Source: Escherichia phage ECML-123-2
Strand: one strand, 5' to 3'
DNA length: 64,000 nucleotides
Sequence record: OL631480
Shown: one piece after another, positions 29,911 through 39,702 of the stretch
Numbering within the stretch: position 1 is the stretch's first letter
Layout of the letters: each line of letters begins with the position of its first letter
Made by a program: the position numbers and the translations under genes
Notes under the pieces: model-generated
The model's input: the letters and a program-made list of their open reading frames with translations, nothing else
Told to the model about the DNA's origin: nothing
Databases searched by the model: none

Positions 29911-30926
29911 TGTGTTGCCTCTACATATAGCTGATTTGCATATTGAATAAGTGCTTCACGGTCAGAATCGGTGATGTCTGGAATTGCATTAATGTATTCT
30001 TCCATCAATGTCTGAAGCGATTGAACTTCAACTTCTTCACTGTCATCTGACTCGACAGAGTTATCAATCTTTGACACAACTCGTAATGAATGCACAACTT
30101 TCTCTAGTTCAGATTCGAACTTCGTCAGATTTTTGTCTACTTCAGTTACTATAACACGTACTGATAGATTTGTAAAATCTTTATAGTCAATTTTTCCTTT
30201 AAATGGATAATGAATTCTACGATGCCAGGTAGTATTATTTGGAATAAATTCCATTCGTTCTGTTTCTGTATCAAACATCCAGAACCCACGAGGGTCATTC
30301 TCGTCACCTGCTGTTAGTGTCCATGGTGTCCCAATATATCTGACGTTAGCAGCCTCAGAAATAGTATGGAAGTGACCAGACCACACTTCTTTATAAGTCT
30401 TAAGGAAATCAGGTTCAAGACCATGAGATTTCATTCCTTTATAAAAATAAAATCCATTCAGTTCCCAGTGACCAACACAAAAAGAAGCAGATGAAGTTTT
30501 GATATGCTCAAGAATTTCACCAGTATTTTCTTCACACATCCAAGGAATTAAATCAATTAAACATCCGTCAAAATCTACTGTAGTAGGCTTATCATATACT
30601 TTAACATTAGGATATTTAGCCAAAAGCTCAGTAGAGGCATTTGGATGCATTACATTTTTATAGTGGAGATCGTGATTTCCTACAATAGTATGTAATGTGA
30701 TTCCAGCACCATCAAGCATTTGAACTATTTCACGGGCAAACTCCATAGTTTTATGCGTGATTGCTTTTCGCACATCAAAAATATCACCATATTGAATCCA
30801 TACAGTAATTCCATTTTTCTTAGAATATTCTATCGCTTGCTTAATTCCATCAATTTGAATACCGCGAATCCACTCATCATCAGCTTTAACGCCTAAATGC
30901 CAATCACCTAAATTTAAAATTTTCAT
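29907..30926 (-). CDS. 47: recombination nuclease subunit gp47 (Mre11/SbcD-like)
   Basis: 339 aa calcineurin-like phosphoesterase (GDWHLG, GNHD). Confidence 0.93.
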   Translation of the reverse strand: MKILNLGDWHLGVKADDEWIRGIQIDGIKQAIEYSKKNGITVWIQYGDIFDVRKAITHKTMEFAREIVQMLDGAGITLHTIVGNHDLHYKNVMHPNASTELLAKYPNVKVYDKPTTVDFDGCLIDLIPWMCEENTGEILEHIKTSSASFCVGHWELNGFYFYKGMKSHGLEPDFLKTYKEVWSGHFHTISEAANVRYIGTPWTLTAGDENDPRGFWMFDTETERMEFIPNNTTWHRRIHYPFKGKIDYKDFTNLSVRVIVTEVDKNLTKFESELEKVVHSLRVVSKIDNSVESDDSEEVEVQSLQTLMEEYINAIPDITDSDREALIQYANQLYVEATQ

Positions 30927-31063
30927 ATATCAAGAACCGTCATTGAAATGCAAAATAAAATTATTGAAATAAACCCATCTGGTGTGCTAAAGAAACCAAT
31001 CCAGCATGCTCTAGTGAATAGATAAAATGCAAGAAAAAGTATCACATATCCAAGAAATATCAT
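30923..31063 (-). CDS. small hydrophobic protein (46 aa), not in ORF track
   Basis: MIFLGYVILFLAFYLFTRACWIGFF...; stop overlaps the gene 47 ATG; SD acggag. Confidence 0.4.
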   Translation of the reverse strand: MIFLGYVILFLAFYLFTRACWIGFFSTPDGFISIILFCISMTVLDI

Positions 31064-31084
31064 TATATCAAACTCCGTATAAAG

Positions 31085-31105
31085 CTAAAGGGCCGAAGCC
31101 CTTTA
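31085..31105 (-). terminator. UUCG-tetraloop terminator after alpha-gt
   Basis: aaagggccgaagcccttta then a T-run. Confidence 0.55.
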
Positions 31106-32305
31106 TTTTGTAATAATGTCAAACTGTTCTTTAAAGCAGAAGCTTGAATCTTGATGCTGATACAAAAATTCATATGCTTTTTCTCGCTCACGGTCATAAA
31201 GAGCTCGGTCAGATGACAGTTCTTTAATACGTTCAAACGTTGATTCCATATCATTTTCATCAAACCAAATGATACCGCTATCATGCGAGGTCAAAGGAGT
31301 ATTATCAACACGGAATTTTAAATTTTCGCCAGTAGATTTCCAAAATACCGGAATTGTTCCACATGCACCAAGCTCGAGATGAGTATATTCTAAAGAACGT
31401 TGCAGATATTTTTTATCCAACTTACTCAACTGATAACCAAATCCGGATTTACTCATGCGTTCAAGCATTTCGCTATTTACATAACGGTCAAGAATTTGCG
31501 TTGGCAAATTAGGAGCAATTTTAATTTGGTCTACTTGATGAAGACGATAATACTCGTATGGAATTCCTTTTTCTTTAATAGGAATGAACGCTGGAGAACG
31601 TTCCAGACCTTCCATAATAGTACTTAGTCCTGCAGGTTTAAGATGTTTTTCATGAAAATCAAACATCTGATAAAAACCTTTCCATGTAGTCGTACGACCA
31701 ATCCAACGGTTGATATTCATGTTAATTTCAGAAACATCTTTCCAGTAGGTTGACCGAACCTTCGCAATATCCATAGGAGGCTGAAAGTTATATACTGTCG
31801 GTGCTTCTTCAATATCATCAAACAGAGAAACAGTTTCTGGATACCATTCTTTCATCAGAACTTTATTAAAATCACCATTATCAGAATGGCTAAAAATAAC
31901 ATCAGCTCGACGAACAGTTTCTTCTAATCCCAAATTTCGACGCAAAGAAAGAGAAGAATGGTCATGTTGATAAACTACAACACGAACCGAAGGTTTAATG
32001 TTATCAATAATTTTTTTATAGTTATTAATAGTGTCTTCTTCAACTGAAGTAGCAGGAACTGAATTGATAATTAGAATATCACAATCATTTACCAGCTTAA
32101 GTGTTTTATCGTATTCTTTTGCCAATAAAACCGGAATTGAAAATGATTTATAATCATGCGCGCAATTACGAGTAAATGATTTATCTTTAGCATAAACCAA
32201 AGTTACTTCATGACCATTTTTAATAAACCAATCACGTTGCTCGAGTGAGAATTTTGTTACACCACAACCTTCAAGACCTCGAGCCATAAAAATACATGCT
32301 TTCAT
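31103..32305 (-). CDS. a-gt: DNA alpha-glucosyltransferase
   Basis: 400 aa, near-identical to recalled T4 alpha-gt (…CIFMARGLEGCGVTKFSLEQRDWFIKNGHEVTLVYAKDKSF…). Confidence 0.95.
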   Translation of the reverse strand: MKACIFMARGLEGCGVTKFSLEQRDWFIKNGHEVTLVYAKDKSFTRNCAHDYKSFSIPVLLAKEYDKTLKLVNDCDILIINSVPATSVEEDTINNYKKIIDNIKPSVRVVVYQHDHSSLSLRRNLGLEETVRRADVIFSHSDNGDFNKVLMKEWYPETVSLFDDIEEAPTVYNFQPPMDIAKVRSTYWKDVSEINMNINRWIGRTTTWKGFYQMFDFHEKHLKPAGLSTIMEGLERSPAFIPIKEKGIPYEYYRLHQVDQIKIAPNLPTQILDRYVNSEMLERMSKSGFGYQLSKLDKKYLQRSLEYTHLELGACGTIPVFWKSTGENLKFRVDNTPLTSHDSGIIWFDENDMESTFERIKELSSDRALYDREREKAYEFLYQHQDSSFCFKEQFDIITK

Positions 32306-32329
32306 TTAATATCCTCTTTGTTTTGGTTT

Positions 32330-32354
32330 ATTTTACCAAAAATTTATAAAGCAA
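32330..32354 (-). promoter_or_regulatory. MotA-dependent middle promoter candidate for alpha-gt
   Basis: minus atTGCTTTA, 11 bp, TAAAAT. Confidence 0.4.
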
Positions 32355-32371
32355 TATAGGAGCCGAAGCTC

Positions 32372-32563
32372 CTATCCACATAATACGCCATACAGAGGCT
32401 CGTTAGAACTTTTAAATTTTATGCGCTTATATTTTATAGTTCCTTCTGCTTTAGCTTTATCATGAGACTCTTTAAAGCGTCTCATCATTTCCTCTTGAGA
32501 GGAACGAATTTTATTATAATCTATTTCAGAAGTCTGGTGTTCATCTTTCATAACTGCCACCAT
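32372..32563 (-). CDS. hypothetical protein
   Basis: 63-aa ORF. Confidence 0.5.
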   Translation of the reverse strand: MVAVMKDEHQTSEIDYNKIRSSQEEMMRRFKESHDKAKAEGTIKYKRIKFKSSNEPLYGVLCG

Positions 32564-32754
32564 TTTTTGACTTGATAAGAATCAACCCACACTTTCATAT
32601 TGGGGTCTGCTCTTACAATAGGAGGATTAACTTCTTTAATTGAACTATCATGGTATTCTTTTTCAGAAATTTTCACACAAAGATGACCATTCAAAGATTC
32701 AGTAAATCCTGCATTAATTTTAAGACGCTTGAATTTTACGTGTGTAAGCATCAA
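32548..32754 (-). CDS. hypothetical protein
   Basis: 68-aa ORF. Confidence 0.5.
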   Translation of the reverse strand: MMLTHVKFKRLKINAGFTESLNGHLCVKISEKEYHDSSIKEVNPPIVRADPNMKVWVDSYQVKKWWQL

Positions 32755-33037
32755 TCATATCCTCAATCTGCGATCTAGTAGTCTTCCAAAGAATACTGAT
32801 GAGTTCATCGTTATATGGCTGTTTCAGAATATCCCGACTTTTCTTGATAGCATATTCGTATTGAGCAAAATTATTGTTTTCAGCTGCGATCTGAGCGTGC
32901 TTATAAAGACGATTCAGTTCGCGTTTGTTTTTAGACAATAACTTATTTGCTTTTCTTTCTGCTTCAAGACGGTTCTTTTCTTCAATAGAAGAAATAAGCT
33001 TTTCCACTTCATCATTAATTTCGGGTTTATCAGTCAT
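32720..33037 (-). CDS. hypothetical coiled-coil protein
   Basis: 105-aa ORF. Confidence 0.55.
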   Translation of the reverse strand: MTDKPEINDEVEKLISSIEEKNRLEAERKANKLLSKNKRELNRLYKHAQIAAENNNFAQYEYAIKKSRDILKQPYNDELISILWKTTRSQIEDMIDAYTRKIQAS

Positions 33038-33038
33038 A

Positions 33039-33257
33039 TTATTTCTCTAATATAAAATAAAAATCATCATCTGTTAAATGATACCTGTAATTTAATTCTA
33101 CACCATTAGATTTAAAAGCGGTATCATACGGATTTTCTGGATCAATATCAATGTCAAGAGCTAAAACTTCCCTGAGATACATTTTAAGTAAATAGGGAAT
33201 AGCTTCAACTTCAGGTATTTCTTCCAAGAATCCGGAGAGGTTAATCGTTAGCCTCAT
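33039..33257 (-). CDS. hypothetical protein
   Basis: 72-aa ORF. Confidence 0.5.
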
Positions 33258-33798
33258 ATAAAAAATCCAAACTAGGAGAATCGTCTACAACACTTTTCTT
33301 TTCAGCCCCCGGTGTTCTATAGGTTGATTCTTCGTAATGCGTCATTTTATCGTAGATGTCTTGAATAAAAGTTTCATCTACTAACGCAACCATATCGTCG
33401 TCACGACTGTCATAGACATTGTGAACGAAGTAACTGTATTTCTTTGCAACTTCCTTACGTTCTTTTTTAATACGTTGGACGAATGCATTAAAACAAGCTT
33501 GAGTTATATATGCATGCGGGTTTTTATATTTCGTTTCATCAAAATTGTGAAGCCCCTTAATAGAAGCTTCTATACCATCTGCAATCATTTCTTGTTTCCA
33601 AGACTGGGTGTATCCTGAAAAGTTGAAACGTTTAGATAAGCCTTCTGCAATAAGCATAATGGCTAATCCGATAGTATCATTCTGACGAACTACTTTATTT
33701 GGGTCTTTATTATTTGCTAATTCTGTTTTCCAATCAATAATAGCTTGTAAAAGCTCTTTATTGTTTACGTAATTATATTTAGGCTTAGTTTCTGACAT
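33241..33798 (-). CDS. 55: late sigma factor gp55
   Basis: [24 protein letters not shown]... matches recalled T4 gp55; 185 aa from the third codon. Confidence 0.92.
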
Positions 33799-33876
33799 TT
33801 TCACCTCTTAGCTCAATTCATAGATCTATTATATCATAATATTTGAAGATCTATCTTAAAGCATAGAGGATATCAG

Positions 33877-34146
33877 TTATCTAAGTAAACAGTATGCTTG
33901 GAACACTTTTTCCATCATCTTTTTAAATTCATGAATATCTATGTAATGACTAGTTAAATCAGCATGATATAAAAAGTCTAAAAACTTTTCATGTGTACTA
34001 ACATATTCACTTTCATTTAATTCAGAAACATGGCTTTCCCAATATCCAACACCAGTCTTATTTGGGAAAAATGAAATTTTCATGTATTTGTCAACATAGA
34101 AAATGCCATAATTTTCAATAGTAATAGAAATATTAATAAATTTCAT
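33877..34146 (-). CDS. hypothetical protein
   Basis: 89-aa ORF. Confidence 0.5.
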   Translation of the reverse strand: MKFINISITIENYGIFYVDKYMKISFFPNKTGVGYWESHVSELNESEYVSTHEKFLDFLYHADLTSHYIDIHEFKKMMEKVFQAYCLLR

Positions 34147-34358
34147 ACATTCATCAACTTAGCCGCTTCAAGAGCTGCATCTAGTGAATCAAATTGATCA
34201 ACATATTCAATCAATTCGCCGTAATTAGCATATAACCACCATTGGCTAAATTCATACTCAAGGATGAATCCGTTTCCTTCAATTTGAGTTAAACCAATGC
34301 CATTTGTATTTACTTCATACCCAGCAAGACGTAAATCGTTAATAAGAGCTTCGTTCAT
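34143..34358 (-). CDS. hypothetical protein
   Basis: 71-aa ORF. Confidence 0.5.
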   Translation of the reverse strand: MNEALINDLRLAGYEVNTNGIGLTQIEGNGFILEYEFSQWWLYANYGELIEYVDQFDSLDAALEAAKLMNV

Positions 34359-34360
34359 AA

Positions 34361-34687
34361 TTATACCTTAGTAATTTTCAGGTCTGCAAATTTTTTCTTG
34401 CGTTGATTTTTCATGCGACGAATAGTTTTATCGGAAATTTCATGCTTTTGATAAGCTTTAGATTCTACACCAAAAGCTTTAACATCAAATTCTGACAAGA
34501 TATATTGAACCAACAATTCACGGACAGTATTGCGTCCAATCTTCTGATCATTCTGTTTCATCATTTGATGAAGCTCTTTTTCCCATTTATCCAAAATTTG
34601 AGGAGTTACAATATCGCCTTTTTCTAGCAAAGAAACTACTTTATCATATGCGTAAGAATTGATGGCGTTTTTAATTTGAATAGTCAT
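34361..34687 (-). CDS. hypothetical protein
   Basis: 108-aa ORF. Confidence 0.55.
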   Translation of the reverse strand: MTIQIKNAINSYAYDKVVSLLEKGDIVTPQILDKWEKELHQMMKQNDQKIGRNTVRELLVQYILSEFDVKAFGVESKAYQKHEISDKTIRRMKNQRKKKFADLKITKV

Positions 34688-34739
34688 ACATTATCCTCAA
34701 TTGCGTTAAAATTTTATTATCCAAAAAGGGCCGAAGCCC

Positions 34740-34940
34740 TTAGCTAAACTTTTTGGCACCCTTCCAGCCTTCGTACATCATTGCGACTGACAATGACAAA
34801 GCTCCTTCGCATGCTGCATACTTATTATTCCAGAACCAATTTAGAAAAACTTCATCCTCAATACCATTGTGTTTCATGTTCTGGAAAAATTTGGCGCGTT
34901 CTTCAGCAATTCGCTGCGATAATTTAGATTCAGGATTCAT
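34740..34940 (-). CDS. hypothetical protein
   Basis: 66-aa ORF. Confidence 0.5.
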   Translation of the reverse strand: MNPESKLSQRIAEERAKFFQNMKHNGIEDEVFLNWFWNNKYAACEGALSLSVAMMYEGWKGAKKFS

Positions 34941-35072
34941 TTAAATTTCCCAATTGCCATTTTCATCAATAAATTTAATCCAGTCATTTACTGACCACTT
35001 AGTTGTATCGCCTTTTGGAGTAACATTTAAAGTATATAACCCCTGCTTAAAAAGCATTCGTTTGATATTCAT
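34941..35072 (-). CDS. small hypothetical protein (43 aa from internal ATG)
   Basis: ATG at 35072 preceded by SD gaggaaaat; longer track ORF overlaps upstream gene. Confidence 0.4.
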   Translation of the reverse strand: MNIKRMLFKQGLYTLNVTPKGDTTKWSVNDWIKFIDENGNWEI

Positions 35073-35079
35073 ATTTTCC

Positions 35080-35373
35080 TCAGCTATAACGATAACACTC
35101 GTTTGATTTACGTTTAGCAACTCGTTGAGAAGTATTATAATCAAAATCATCGTCAATGTAAACTGATTTTTTCAACTTTCTTACTTCACCGCGTAATTGA
35201 CGATTTAACTCATCTTTAACTTCTGAATCAATACCTTTCATTCTACGCCATTTATCTGAGCGAAAAATGTTTTCAACCATATCTTTATGACTTACACCAT
35301 CAGGAGCTTTACGCTTTCCGAAATAGTCATAATCACGAACTTTCAAGTCTTTACGACGATACGTTTTACCCAT
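35080..35373 (-). CDS. hypothetical basic protein (97 aa)
   Basis: ATG at 35373 with SD aaggaa; track start is GTG. Confidence 0.5.
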   Translation of the reverse strand: MGKTYRRKDLKVRDYDYFGKRKAPDGVSHKDMVENIFRSDKWRRMKGIDSEVKDELNRQLRGEVRKLKKSVYIDDDFDYNTSQRVAKRKSNECYRYS

Positions 35374-35548
35374 GGAGTTTAATTTCCTTAGCAACTGAAC
35401 TAAATGCAGCACGATCGCAAATCATGCGTTTATGTAACTTGAGTATAATATAGCAAACTTCAAAACTATTTACATGAGTAACACGAACAGCATTACCATT
35501 AATGAGATAATACTGTCCCTTTTTAATTTCTTTATCAACCATAACCAT
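35366..35548 (-). CDS. hypothetical protein
   Basis: 60-aa ORF with SD gagga and early promoter upstream. Confidence 0.5.
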   Translation of the reverse strand: MVMVDKEIKKGQYYLINGNAVRVTHVNSFEVCYIILKLHKRMICDRAAFSSVAKEIKLHG

Positions 35549-35578
35549 ATCAATTCCTCAAAGGCAATTCATATGTTA

Positions 35579-35608
35579 ATAATACCACAGTTTGAGCTCG
35601 TTGTAAAC
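35579..35608 (-). promoter_or_regulatory. T4-type early promoter (conserved family member)
   Basis: minus GTTTACaacgagctcaaactgtggTATTAT with conserved upstream ATTCCCTAAAATAATTTTCACAAAGTT. Confidence 0.5.
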
Positions 35609-35706
35609 AACTTTGTGAAAATTATTTTAGGGAATGATAAGAAGGGAACGATAGCTTAGAATGGTAATATACAGAATGTGAGAAAGAAGGACCCAGAGGG
35701 CCCGTC

Positions 35707-36030
35707 TTAGTCTTCTATGATATCTCTATCATATCCAAGTGAAATGAGAGTTTCTTTGAAGTGTTTAATGTTCTTTTGTCTAGAATCATTAATGAAAATG
35801 ACTGGATAACGAATGTTAAGAGATGTGAATCCAGCGCGTTTAGCAAGAGATACAATCAGCGGACGATCATACTCAATCTTACCGTTATTTGTAAGAACTT
35901 TATAGAAAGTAAAAGGAGCATTGAGCTCCTTTAGAAGTTTTGTAACTGATTGACATCCAGGACAACGACCTACTTCTTCGGGGATGCCATAGATTTCAAT
36001 CTTATTCTTTAAGTTCGAGTTTTGTTCCAC
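35707..36030 (-). CDS. nrdH: NrdH-like glutaredoxin
   Basis: ...KIEIYGIPEEVGRCPGCQSVTKLL... with CPGC motif; start uncertain (possible GTG at 36030). Confidence 0.65.
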   Translation of the reverse strand: MEQNSNLKNKIEIYGIPEEVGRCPGCQSVTKLLKELNAPFTFYKVLTNNGKIEYDRPLIVSLAKRAGFTSLNIRYPVIFINDSRQKNIKHFKETLISLGYDRDIIED

Positions 36031-36313
36031 GAGAAATAATTCCTTGATAAGCCCAGTATGGCGGGTTAACAGAATCCTCACCAGAGTTTTCTTCAGGAAA
36101 ATAAACCTGGATAACGAAGCCGGATTCATCAAAGGTGAAATAAGTAGTAGGCAGTTCACCTAACAAATCGGCACGAGCGTTGATTTCTTCGAGGTCTTGT
36201 TCACGTCCAGTCCAGAAGCTTGGGTTCAGACTACATTCATAGAAATAATAGTCATTACCGAACATATCAAAACCATTCCAACTCTCTACTACATACCGCT
36301 CAAAACTAATCAT
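36002..36313 (-). CDS. hypothetical protein
   Basis: 103-aa ORF. Confidence 0.5.
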   Translation of the reverse strand: MISFERYVVESWNGFDMFGNDYYFYECSLNPSFWTGREQDLEEINARADLLGELPTTYFTFDESGFVIQVYFPEENSGEDSVNPPYWAYQGIISRGTKLELKE

Positions 36314-36315
36314 AA

Positions 36316-36531
36316 TTAAGCCTTTTTATCAAGAACAGCATTCAGCTTGTTAGTAATTTTATCCAGACGCTCATTAAACTCACTAGAAGATAAGCCCTTT
36401 TCTGGAGAAATTAAACTAATCACGAAAAATATAGCAATAAAAGGAATAAGAAAAATAGCACCAACTGCCATAAACAAAAAGAACGTTACAGTTGTAAGAA
36501 AATCAGCTAAACCTTTACGAAATTTATACAT
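36316..36531 (-). CDS. small membrane protein
   Basis: 71 aa with one long hydrophobic segment. Confidence 0.5.
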   Translation of the reverse strand: MYKFRKGLADFLTTVTFFLFMAVGAIFLIPFIAIFFVISLISPEKGLSSSEFNERLDKITNKLNAVLDKKA

Positions 36532-36646
36532 ATTTTACCCTTAATTGATTAACCAAGCATTGATAAGCACTAAACTATATTGCGAATAAAATTCTGGACC
36601 AAAATGAAAAATCATATCATTTATAGTATCCATAATGTAATTCAAT

Positions 36647-37117
36647 TTAATCATGTGTCCACACCCCATCGATATTTGACCAAAGTCGCTGATTATCTGA
36701 TCCTCGCCACAGCTTTTTGGTCGGAAGATTTTTCTCATACTTCCCATCAATAATAACATCAACATATTTAAGCATTTCTAGTTGTTTAATATCTTCAAAC
36801 TTATATCCTGTCCACAACCAAATGCTTTTATTGGGATAAAGATTTTTTACTGTTTGAACGATGCAATGAATAACATCTCGGTTATCAGGATAGAGAGGGT
36901 CTCCTCCAGTTATAGTTAATCCTTCTATATAATCATTATTCAAACATTCAATTAATTGTTCTAGTGTTTCACCAGTGAATGGAATACCATTTCTAGCATT
37001 CCATGTTGATTTATTATAACACCCTTCACATTTATGCAAACAACCTGTAACGAAAAGAACTACCCTGCAACCAGGGCCATTCACAAAATCGCAAGGATAA
37101 AATCTATCATAATTCAT
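36647..37117 (-). CDS. nrdG: anaerobic ribonucleotide reductase activating protein NrdG (radical SAM)
   Basis: 156 aa with CPGCRVV...CLHKCEGCYN cysteine cluster. Confidence 0.92.
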   Translation of the reverse strand: MNYDRFYPCDFVNGPGCRVVLFVTGCLHKCEGCYNKSTWNARNGIPFTGETLEQLIECLNNDYIEGLTITGGDPLYPDNRDVIHCIVQTVKNLYPNKSIWLWTGYKFEDIKQLEMLKYVDVIIDGKYEKNLPTKKLWRGSDNQRLWSNIDGVWTHD

Positions 37118-38931
37118 TGATGCTTAACCCTATGCATGATTTCTTTATTTTTGCCGAGATTAAATCCGCGTTCGTTCGGATTTCCCAAATAACCACATGT
37201 TCTTCTTATTGTATTCATCTTTTTAGGATCAGTTTCTCCACAAATAGAACAAACAAATCCGTTTTCAGTAGGAGTCATTTCATGGGTACTTCCGCATGTA
37301 AAACATTTATCTACCGGCATGTTAACACCAAAATAATCTAAATGTTGTGCAGCATAATCCCATACGGCCTCAAGACCTTTCAAGTTATTTTTCATATCAG
37401 GAAGTTCAACATAAGAAATGTGACCACCTGTCGCAATGAAATGATATGGCGCTTCACGAGAAATCTTTTCAAACGGAGTAATATTTTCTTCTACTGAGAC
37501 ATGGAAACTGTTAGTGTACCAGCCTTTATCGGTAACATCTTTTACGCTTCCATATTTTTCTGTATCGAGTTTACAGAAGCGATAACAAAGGTTTTCAGCA
37601 GGAGTCGAATATAAACTAAAAGCAAATCCGGTTCTTTCAGTCCACTGTTTAAGATGAGCATTCATTTTAGTTAAAATTTCTCGTCCAATATCACGACCGA
37701 CAAGAATATTCAATTCGTGAATACCAATGTATCCTAAAGACACTGAACTTCTGCCGTTTTTAAATAACTCAATTATATCGTCATCAGGTTTAAGACGAAC
37801 CCCGAATGCACCTTCTTGATAAAGAATAGGAGCAACAGTAGCTTTAACTCCTTTTAAGGAACTAATTCTACACATCAAAGCTTCAAAACATAAATCCATT
37901 CGCTCATTGAACAATTCGATAAATTTCTGTTCATTGAACTGTGTTCCAATATAAGAATCTAATGCGATACGAGGAAGATTCAGTGTTACAACACCAAGAT
38001 TATTACGTCCATCAAGAATTTCATTACCGGTTGAATCTTTCCACGCACTCAAGAAACTGCGGCAACCCATTGGAGAAACAGGAATAGATGAGCCGGTGAT
38101 AGCTTTATTGTTCTTAGCTGAAATAATATCAGGATACATTCTTTTGCTTGCGCACTCTAGAGCAAGCTGCTTAATATCATAGTTCGGATCGTCTTTATAA
38201 AGATTAACACCTTCTTCAACAAACATAACAAGCTTAGGGAAAATAGGAGTTATTCCATCACGACCAAGACCTTTAATACGATTTTTCAGAATTGCTTTCT
38301 GAATCATTCGTTCAGTCCAGTCAGTTCCTGTACCAAATGTAATTGTTACAAAAGGTGTTTGTCCGTTTGAACTAAAGAGAGTATTTACTTCATATTCATA
38401 AGCTTGGAATGCATCGTATACATCTTTTTCTGTTTTAGATTGAGCATAATTCAACGCATCAGCGATTTGCCATTTTTCTGCATCCTCAATATGTTTTGCA
38501 TAGGTGCGTTTAACATAAGGAGAAAGTACTTTATCGACATTAGCAAATGTAGTTCCGCCATATTGGTGAGAAGCAACCTGTGCAGTAATTTGTGCCATAA
38601 TTGCAGTAGCAACACCGATTGATTTAGGAGTTTCAATCTGTGCATTACCAAGCTTAAATCCGTTCTCAAGCATTCCTTTTAAATCTACTAAACAACAATT
38701 AGTAAATGGAAGAGCAGGGGAATAATCAATATCGTGGAAATGGATAATTCCGCTTTCATGCGCTTTCATAATAAAAGACGGGACCATATTTTTGGCAATG
38801 TGTTTAGACACAATACCAGCCATAAGGTCCCGTTGAGTTGGAAAAACACGAGAATCTTTATTAGCATTCTCGTTTAAAAGGTCTTTATTAGTTTTATGAA
38901 TCAATCCTTCAATTTCTTTTTCAATTGTCAT
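37114..38931 (-). CDS. nrdD: anaerobic ribonucleoside-triphosphate reductase NrdD, uninterrupted
   Basis: 605 aa ending with glycyl-radical motif RTCGYLG and zinc ribbon CFTCGSTHEMTPTENGFVCSICG. Confidence 0.95.
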   Translation of the reverse strand: MTIEKEIEGLIHKTNKDLLNENANKDSRVFPTQRDLMAGIVSKHIAKNMVPSFIMKAHESGIIHFHDIDYSPALPFTNCCLVDLKGMLENGFKLGNAQIETPKSIGVATAIMAQITAQVASHQYGGTTFANVDKVLSPYVKRTYAKHIEDAEKWQIADALNYAQSKTEKDVYDAFQAYEYEVNTLFSSNGQTPFVTITFGTGTDWTERMIQKAILKNRIKGLGRDGITPIFPKLVMFVEEGVNLYKDDPNYDIKQLALECASKRMYPDIISAKNNKAITGSSIPVSPMGCRSFLSAWKDSTGNEILDGRNNLGVVTLNLPRIALDSYIGTQFNEQKFIELFNERMDLCFEALMCRISSLKGVKATVAPILYQEGAFGVRLKPDDDIIELFKNGRSSVSLGYIGIHELNILVGRDIGREILTKMNAHLKQWTERTGFAFSLYSTPAENLCYRFCKLDTEKYGSVKDVTDKGWYTNSFHVSVEENITPFEKISREAPYHFIATGGHISYVELPDMKNNLKGLEAVWDYAAQHLDYFGVNMPVDKCFTCGSTHEMTPTENGFVCSICGETDPKKMNTIRRTCGYLGNPNERGFNLGKNKEIMHRVKHQ

Positions 38932-39401
38932 TTTAAACTCTTTCTAAGCTGCTTCTTAAATGAAGCTATTAACTGTGTTTTGGTGTCAGATTCATTATAT
39001 TCAAATCCTCTTTGAAGCATCTCGGCCATCATTTCCTCTTTTCCTAAACGAGAAAATTCCTTTGATTTATCTCCAACAAAGTTAGGGTGAATATTATTTT
39101 GGGTGTAATCGGATTTTAAATAAGTAAGTAAATTTTCTAACCATTCAAGATAATCAACACCTTGTCCCTTTAAGCCAGAACGATTAAATTTATGCTTCAT
39201 TTGACCTTCTGTAGCATTGCAGAGATTACAAAGCAATCCACGTATCTTTCCTGCTTTTGGTCCATTTAATTCATGGTCATGGTCGAGGTGATTAGCTTGA
39301 ACATCAGGATTTAGTTCTCGTTGGCAAATTAAGCATTTACCGTTTTGTGCATTATAAAATTTTTGTTTTTCTTCTTTGTATAATTTGCCAGTCAATAACA
39401 T
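38928..39401 (-). CDS. 49: endonuclease VII gp49 (Holliday junction resolvase)
   Basis: 157 aa with CLICQRE...HLDHDHE...CNLCN zinc/HNH-like motif; same size as T4 gp49. Confidence 0.93.
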   Translation of the reverse strand: MLLTGKLYKEEKQKFYNAQNGKCLICQRELNPDVQANHLDHDHELNGPKAGKIRGLLCNLCNATEGQMKHKFNRSGLKGQGVDYLEWLENLLTYLKSDYTQNNIHPNFVGDKSKEFSRLGKEEMMAEMLQRGFEYNESDTKTQLIASFKKQLRKSLK

Positions 39402-39443
39402 AATAAAACCCTTACCTTAAATAGATAAGGGTATTTATTATTT

Positions 39444-39489
39444 TTAAGTATTGTAAAACATTCGATGCAATCGTTTATACTGTCGAATC
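39444..39489. repeat. direct repeat copy 1 (46 bp), encodes the C-terminal tail of the 58-aa ORF
   Basis: ttaagtattgtaaaacattcgatgcaatcgtttatactgtcgaatc. Confidence 0.8.
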
Positions 39490-39620
39490 ATCTTTTTAGT
39501 AGGACGAGAATAGGTTCCTACGCAAGTGGTCATATGAGGGTCCGTAGAATGTCCTTTAATAAAAAGTTTCCAAACCTTACCGCCATTTAACTTTTCAGTA
39601 TAAACCAATTCGGTTTTCAT
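39444..39620 (-). CDS. small hypothetical protein (58 aa), not in ORF track
   Basis: MKTELVYTEKLNGGKVWKLFIKGHSTDPHMTTCVGTYSRPTKKMIRQYKRLHRMFYNT; C-terminal 16 aa shared with the next gene. Confidence 0.45.
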   Translation of the reverse strand: MKTELVYTEKLNGGKVWKLFIKGHSTDPHMTTCVGTYSRPTKKMIRQYKRLHRMFYNT

Positions 39621-39656
39621 TAAAATGTCCTGTCAGAAAAAGAATTTTGAGTTTTT

Positions 39657-39702
39657 TCAAGTATTGTAAAACATTTGATGCAATCGCTTATATTGCCGAA
39701 TC
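39657..39702. repeat. direct repeat copy 2 (46 bp, about 5 mismatches), encodes the C-terminal tail of the 167-aa ORF
   Basis: tcaagtattgtaaaacatttgatgcaatcgcttatattgccgaatc; a second short repeat gtcagaaaaagaaWtttgagttt lies at 39632 and 39707. Confidence 0.8.

Noticed and set aside
31063-31284. 73-aa minus-strand ORF overlapping the 3' end of alpha-gt in another frame
   Set aside because: Overlaps the conserved alpha-gt coding sequence; the upstream part is better explained by a 46-aa ORF ending at the gene 47 start
35686-35706. Terminator hairpin at ggacccagagggccc after nrdH
   Set aside because: Arms are not properly complementary; gggccc is only self-palindromic
36541-36765. 74-aa ORF overlapping the 3' end of nrdG
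   Set aside because: Alternate frame of a conserved gene, no independent signals
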